IMG/VR virus record: IMGVR_UViG_3300005201_000716 | DNA from: an uncultured virus (IMG/VR IMGVR_UViG_3300005201_000716) | Lineage: Duplodnaviria; Heunggongvirae; Uroviricota; Caudoviricetes | Reading direction: 5' to 3' (one strand) | DNA: 64,000 nt | Shown: positions 59,139 through 64,000 of the stretch, one piece after another | Layout: the number at the start of each line of letters is the position of its first letter | How positions within the stretch are numbered: position 1 is the first letter of the stretch | Program-made: the position numbers and the translations under genes | Notes under the pieces: model-generated | Databases searched by the model: none | What the model was told of the DNA's origin: nothing | Seen by the model: the letters and a program-made list of their open reading frames with translations, nothing else

Positions 59139-59291
59139 GAGCGACAAAAACCGAGGCACACCCCTAATTGGGGCTGTTCCTCGTATAAATAGAGTTTAAA
59201 CGGGACTTCTGTTGAGGTCTTTTTTATTTGTCTGGAAAAGGATAGCCCGTCAAAACGGTGGAATGTCATAAATTTTAAGGAGGCGCACGGT

Positions 59292-59879
59292 ATGTCAGAA
59301 ATACTTCCTCCCGATGAATATCGGGCTTTGCAATATAAAGATATGTCACCGAAAGCCGATAAAACCCTTCATTTGGACGGGAGCGTTTCGGATGGCAGCG
59401 GTAACATTATCCTTCCTCCGGACATAAACCGTGCGAAAACATATCAAACAATGTCGCCTCAGGCGGCGAAATTTCTGTTGTCTAACGGGAGTGTAGTTGA
59501 CGGGCTTAACGGGGTAAATATATCGCCGTCATATTCAGATGGTTGTAGGAGGTATAACGCTACATATATCTGCAATTATAATAACAGGGATATACACTTT
59601 CACAGCGACGTGTTTACTGAACAAGATATTCATAATGGTGATTTGTTTGTGTTTGCAGGCAGTGTTTATTATGTAAAACACGGTACGTTTGAAGTAATGT
59701 CATTATACGCATACGAATTTAAATCCATTAACTCCGCCAATGTAAATAATTTTTATTTTAACGGAATCGCAGATAACGGTTTGTTTGAATGGGTTATTGA
59801 AATTAACTCATACAGTTCTTGGGGGAATATAAGCGGGGCTTCGGGAATTATATACCATATAAAAAGCGTAGCAACATAG
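59292..59879 (+). CDS. hypothetical protein with N-terminal tandem repeat
   Basis: ILPPD..RA..Y..MSP.A.K.L...GSV.DG twice; RBS AAGGAGG. Confidence 0.75.
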   Translation: MSEILPPDEYRALQYKDMSPKADKTLHLDGSVSDGSGNIILPPDINRAKTYQTMSPQAAKFLLSNGSVVDGLNGVNISPSYSDGCRRYNATYICNYNNRDIHFHSDVFTEQDIHNGDLFVFAGSVYYVKHGTFEVMSLYAYEFKSINSANVNNFYFNGIADNGLFEWVIEINSYSSWGNISGASGIIYHIKSVAT

Positions 59880-60017
59880 CCTTTTACCGGCACATTATGG
59901 ACACTTCGTAAAACGGCGGAGCGTCCTTATTAATATATAGTTCACGGCAATTACCCGGATTGACTGCAGCAAGAAGGGCTTGCAAATAAACTATCCTTAA
60001 AGGAGGAGGAACACATT

Positions 60018-60590
60018 ATGGCAAACAAGATTTGTATTAACAAAAGCGGGGTATCGATTCCTATTTGGGATCAACCGGAATTTCCGTGGGCGTCAAACGC
60101 GGTTCAGATTGGTACACTCTACAACACAGAAGCCTTTGGGTACAATGCGGATTGGGGCGGAGATGGGGTATTCAACGCTATCAAATTTCGCAATTCCTCA
60201 GGTAATATCGCAACCGGCTGGCTTAATGACGATTATAGTGGAGGTAACCCTTTACCTTCTGGATGGGCTAAAGATTGTACTTTATACCCATATGGCACGG
60301 TAACTATCGGCGGTACATCGTATAAGACATTCAAATTCAGAAAAAGCGAAACAGTCTATTCACCAAGCGGCGATGTATGGGGAAGCGTGGCGTCGGGGAT
60401 GCGGGTCGCGTGTTTGAATGCTACGGCAGGGTCGTCGCATCCGGAGTGGAAACTTGTAAACTATGTCGAGCGAAGCTCAGATGGAGCATGGATTCAAGTG
60501 ACTGGATCGGGTTATACACACGGTTTCGTAAATGTTGGTTTGGAAGATGGCTCAATGCCATCGACTATATCAATGTACGGCACATGGTAA
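60018..60590 (+). CDS. hypothetical beta-rich protein (moron)
   Basis: RBS AAGGAGG; terminator AAAGCGCTTTCGCG-TAT-CGCGGAGGCGCTTTTT at about 60612-60645. Confidence 0.8.
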   Translation: MANKICINKSGVSIPIWDQPEFPWASNAVQIGTLYNTEAFGYNADWGGDGVFNAIKFRNSSGNIATGWLNDDYSGGNPLPSGWAKDCTLYPYGTVTIGGTSYKTFKFRKSETVYSPSGDVWGSVASGMRVACLNATAGSSHPEWKLVNYVERSSDGAWIQVTGSGYTHGFVNVGLEDGSMPSTISMYGTW

Positions 60591-60675
60591 ACGTCAACAG
60601 ATAAACTAAATAAAGCGCTTTCGCGTATCGCGGAGGCGCTTTTTTATGCAAAAAATCAGAATGGAGGAAAAAGAA

Positions 60676-61089
60676 ATGAAGGAAATCTGGACTGGAATAC
60701 AGGTGGGGCTCGCTGCCGCAGGCGGCTTCCTCGGCTGGTTCCTCGGAGGGCTTGACGGCTTTGTCTATGTACTCGTCGCTTTTGTGGTTGTGGACTATAT
60801 CACCGGCGTACTCCGGGCAATCGTCGAAAAGCAACTCTCAAGCAGAATCGGAGCGCACGGCATTGTAAAGAAGGTGGCGATATTCCTGATTGTTGGGGTC
60901 GCGCATCTCGTTGACGCCTATTTGTTATACGACAGCGAAATCTTGCGGATGGCGGTCATCTTCTTCTACATCTCCAATGAAGGCGTGTCATTGCTCGAAA
61001 ACGCTGTGGTCATCGGCTTGCCGGTACCGGAAAAGCTGAAGAACGCACTGGCGCAGCTTCACAACAAAAAGGACAAGGACGGTGAGTAG
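60676..61089 (+). CDS. holin (toxin secretion/phage lysis family)
   Basis: DYITGV, LSS.IG..GI.KK, NEGVSLLENA..IGLPVP. Confidence 0.95.
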   Translation: MKEIWTGIQVGLAAAGGFLGWFLGGLDGFVYVLVAFVVVDYITGVLRAIVEKQLSSRIGAHGIVKKVAIFLIVGVAHLVDAYLLYDSEILRMAVIFFYISNEGVSLLENAVVIGLPVPEKLKNALAQLHNKKDKDGE

Positions 61090-61092
61090 GAA

Positions 61093-62436
61093 ATGGCTTT
61101 AACACAGGCACAGAAGGATTTTATCGCAAAAGTCGGTGCGTTGGCGGCGGCTGACATAAAGCAAAGCGGCATCCTCGCTTCGCTCACCGTGGCGCAGGCG
61201 ATATTAGAAAGCGGATGGGGTACATCCGCTCTGGCGGTAAACGCAAACGCACTATTCGGCATTAAAGCTGATTCCCGCTGGAGTGGACGGGTGTACAGCA
61301 CAGCTACAAAGGAATGCTATGACGGCGTAAACTTCACTACGGTGGACGCGCTGTTTCGTGCCTACGATAGCTGGGAGCATTCCATCGCCGACCACTCGGC
61401 TTTTCTGACCGGCAGTTCCCGCTACGCAGCCGTCATTAGCGAGCGGGATTACAAAAAGGCGTGTACCGCCATACACGCGGCGGGTTACGCAACCGACCCC
61501 GGGTATGCCGGGAAACTTATCAATCTCATTGAAACATATGGGCTGACGGATTTCGATATCTTCAGCGGAAAGGAAACTACAATGAATCTGCAAAAACTCA
61601 TACTCACGAACAATGCCTGCTACAAGGCGGGCAAAACCATCACGCCGAAAGGAATTATGGTTCATTCCACCGGTGCCGATAATCCGAATCTGTGTCGCTA
61701 TGTCGGTCCCGACGACGGTTTACTCGGCAAAAATCAATATAATAACCACTGGAATCAGGATATGCCGGACGGACGTCAAGTGTGCGTTCACGCTTTTATC
61801 GGAAAACTGGCTGATAAGAGTATCGCGACTTATCAGACTTTACCGTGGAATTATCGCGGCTGGCACGGCGGTTCCGGAGCAAAAGGCTCGGTCAATGATA
61901 CCCATATCGGATTTGAAATCTGCGAGGACGCTTTGACCGACGCGGCATATTTCCGCTCCGTGTTCAATGAGGCGGTAGAGCTTTGTGTGTATCTCTGCAA
62001 ACTCTATAACCTTGACCCCACGAAAGACGGCATCATTATCGGACATTATGAAGGATATGCGCGCGGAATCGCGTCCAATCACGGCGACCCGAAAAACTGG
62101 TTCCCGAAATTCGGCGAAAGCATGGACAGTTTCAGAGCAGCGGTGAAGAAAGGTATGAGCGCCACAACTACACCGCAGCCATCCAATCCGGCGCCGGCAG
62201 AACCATCCGCTCCCGCGCCAACGGCTCCGGCATTTCAGTCCTACACGGTCAAGGTAACCGCCGATGAGTTGAATATCCGAAAAGGCCCCGGCACCAATTT
62301 CGGCATAAATGGGAGTATTAAGGATAAAGGCGTATACACCATCGTAGAGGAGTCAAACGGCGCCGGTGCGACAAAATGGGGCAGGCTCAAAAGTGGCGCG
62401 GGGTGGATAAGCCTCGATTATACACAGAAACGGTAA
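61093..62436 (+). CDS. endolysin: GH73 glucosaminidase + amidase_2 + SH3b
   Basis: AQAILESGWG, LFGIKA, GYATDP; IMVHSTG, WHGG, IGFEICE; LNIRKGPGT..WGRLKSGAGWISL. Confidence 0.93.
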   Translation: MALTQAQKDFIAKVGALAAADIKQSGILASLTVAQAILESGWGTSALAVNANALFGIKADSRWSGRVYSTATKECYDGVNFTTVDALFRAYDSWEHSIADHSAFLTGSSRYAAVISERDYKKACTAIHAAGYATDPGYAGKLINLIETYGLTDFDIFSGKETTMNLQKLILTNNACYKAGKTITPKGIMVHSTGADNPNLCRYVGPDDGLLGKNQYNNHWNQDMPDGRQVCVHAFIGKLADKSIATYQTLPWNYRGWHGGSGAKGSVNDTHIGFEICEDALTDAAYFRSVFNEAVELCVYLCKLYNLDPTKDGIIIGHYEGYARGIASNHGDPKNWFPKFGESMDSFRAAVKKGMSATTTPQPSNPAPAEPSAPAPTAPAFQSYTVKVTADELNIRKGPGTNFGINGSIKDKGVYTIVEESNGAGATKWGRLKSGAGWISLDYTQKR

Positions 62437-62453
62437 AAATAAATGTCAACATC

Positions 62454-62486
62454 AGGGCGGCCGTAAATGCGGCCGTCCTTATTTTA
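62454..62486 (+). terminator. intrinsic terminator after the endolysin
   Basis: AGGGCGGCCGTAAATGCGGCCGTCCTT followed by ATTTT. Confidence 0.7.
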
Positions 62487-62506
62487 ATCCCTTGGAGGTG
62501 ATTGTC

Positions 62507-62920
62507 ATGACAGGCACACAAAAACAAAACATACAGGATATGCGGCGGCAGGGCGCGGCTTTTTCACAGATTGCCGCTTCTCTCGGCATTTCGGTGAACA
62601 CTGTCAAATCCTTTTGCCGACGCAATGACCTGACTGCCTGCGACGCTTCCAAAGAAACGGGGAACAAAGAAAATAAGGAACAATGTAAACAATGTGGAAT
62701 AAAACTGAATCAAATTCCCAGAGCCAAGCCTAAGTTATTCTGCTGCGACAGTTGCCGTATGGCTTGGTGGAAAGCTAATCCTGCCGCTGTTAACCGCAAA
62801 GCTGTATATCAGTTCAAGTGCGCTGTTTGCGGCGCGTCCTTTGAAAGCTATGGCAACGCCCACCGTAAATACTGCTCCAGAGCCTGTTTCGGAGCGGCAA
62901 GGAGGACTTCCAATGGGTAA
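62507..62920 (+). CDS. HTH + Zn-finger protein of the integration module
   Basis: IAASLGISVNTVKSFCRR, CKQCG, FCCDSCRMAWW, RKYCSRAC. Confidence 0.85.
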   Translation: MTGTQKQNIQDMRRQGAAFSQIAASLGISVNTVKSFCRRNDLTACDASKETGNKENKEQCKQCGIKLNQIPRAKPKLFCCDSCRMAWWKANPAAVNRKAVYQFKCAVCGASFESYGNAHRKYCSRACFGAARRTSNG

Positions 62921-63146
62921 AAACGAAGCGGTCCTTCGTTATAAAACTTCGATGTCCGTTTTTAAAAGGTGGCGGGAACACGGATGGATATCAGGTGAGG
63001 AGTTACTGGCAATTGATACAATGCTCACCGAAAAATACGGCTTATCTTCGTGCAGTATATATCGCGAAAATGTCTTGATATTACAGGCAAACAGAGTGAT
63101 CTATAGTAGTACGAAAGGAGGAGCCTATGGAAAGAATTGTAACTAA
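62913..63146 (+). CDS. SHOCT-like small protein
   Basis: G.IS.EE...IDTML.EKY; typical position before a serine recombinase. Confidence 0.7.
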   Translation: MGKNEAVLRYKTSMSVFKRWREHGWISGEELLAIDTMLTEKYGLSSCSIYRENVLILQANRVIYSSTKGGAYGKNCN

Positions 63147-64000
63147 AATTGTTCCCACAGTTGTGGAAATGCCTCGGCGTAAGCGGACAGCCGCTTACGC
63201 GAGGGTATCGCTCGGCACGGAGCATATGCTCCATTCACTTGCCGCGCAGGTCAGCTATTACAGCGGACTTATACAGAAAAACGGCGAATGGGAATATGCT
63301 GGTGTTTATGCCGACGCTGACGAAACAGGGACAAAGGAAAATCGCCCCGAGTTCCAGCGTATGCTTGCCGACTGCCGAGCCGGGTTGATAGACAGTGTAA
63401 TAACCAAGGCTATCAGCCGTTTTGCCCGGAACACAGTGACATTACTTGAAACAGTGCGGGAGTTGAAAGACCTCGGAATTGACATTTTTTTTGAGGAGCA
63501 GAATATCCACACATTATCGAGCGAAGGCGAGTTAATGTTGACCATTCTCGCCAGTTACGCGCAGGAAGAGAGCCGTTCGGTCTCGGAAAATATCAAGTGG
63601 CGCAAGCGGAACGATATGAAAAGCGGGAAAGCAAAAGTAAAGAGTTGTTTCGGCTACGCATCAGAAGGTGGCAAACTGGTTATTAAACCGGATGAAGCGG
63701 AAATTGTGCGGCTCATGTTCGATTTATATCTCGACGGAATGGGACATGCAAATATCGCGCGCCGATTAAATGAACTTGGCTGCCCTTCGCCTATCGGTGG
63801 CAAATGGTATCCGAGCGCAGTCGACAGGACACTTCATAATGACAAGGTATGCGGTAACATCCTGCACCAACAGCGATATGTAGTAGACCATCTGTCTAAG
63901 ACCGTCCTTTGGAATAAAGGTGAATTGCCGATGTATCGCATTGAGGACGCTCACGAGGGCATTGTGAGCAAAGAGACATTTGATGCGGTAAAAGCTGAAA
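63127..64000 (+). CDS. large serine recombinase (integrase), runs off the window end
   Basis: own translation: TAAYARVS, SLAAQ, RPEFQRML, TKAISRFARNT, AQEESRSVSEN, FGY; missing from the ORF track because there is no stop codon. Confidence 0.93.
   Translation, partial: MERIVTKIVPTVVEMPRRKRTAAYARVSLGTEHMLHSLAAQVSYYSGLIQKNGEWEYAGVYADADETGTKENRPEFQRMLADCRAGLIDSVITKAISRFARNTVTLLETVRELKDLGIDIFFEEQNIHTLSSEGELMLTILASYAQEESRSVSENIKWRKRNDMKSGKAKVKSCFGYASEGGKLVIKPDEAEIVRLMFDLYLDGMGHANIARRLNELGCPSPIGGKWYPSAVDRTLHNDKVCGNILHQQRYVVDHLSKTVLWNKGELPMYRIEDAHEGIVSKETFDAVKAE

Noticed and set aside
35424..64000. Invertase/shufflon switching of tail modules by the serine recombinase
   Set aside because: Both modules are in the same orientation, I found no flanking inverted repeats, and the recombinase lies in the usual integration module after the lysis genes.
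1..64000. tRNA, rRNA or IS transposase genes
   Set aside because: None recognised by eye; tRNAscan-SE and ISEScan were not run.

Overview
The whole window is the central and right-hand part of a temperate siphovirus (prophage) of a Bacillota (probably Clostridia) host. Almost all genes are on the + strand, in this order: replication (SNF2 helicase, PolA, DUF932, primase-helicase, iteron origin, VRR-NUC, RinA-like activator), a late promoter, a non-coding 71/61-bp tandem array containing an N-gap, HNH, an inserted PIN/Phd toxin-antitoxin pair, a cos-like region and two TerS-like genes. Next come a DNA-methylase/radical-SAM cluster, a string of small self-promoted gene cassettes that share promoter and hairpin motifs, TerL with a class-3 (Gln1, WCT) intein, and HK97-type head and neck genes with one major tail protein. 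After these come TWO tandem tail-tip modules, each with its own tape measure, Dit-like and Tal-like genes; the first ends in a kelch beta-propeller protein and the second is linked to a GH18 protein. The window ends with low-GC morons, holin/endolysin and the start of a large serine recombinase. The best candidates for new biology are (1) the dual tail-tip system, (2) the structured 71-bp array in the late leader and (3) the modular promoter-ORF-hairpin cassette array. All family calls come from motif recognition by eye; no database searches were run.
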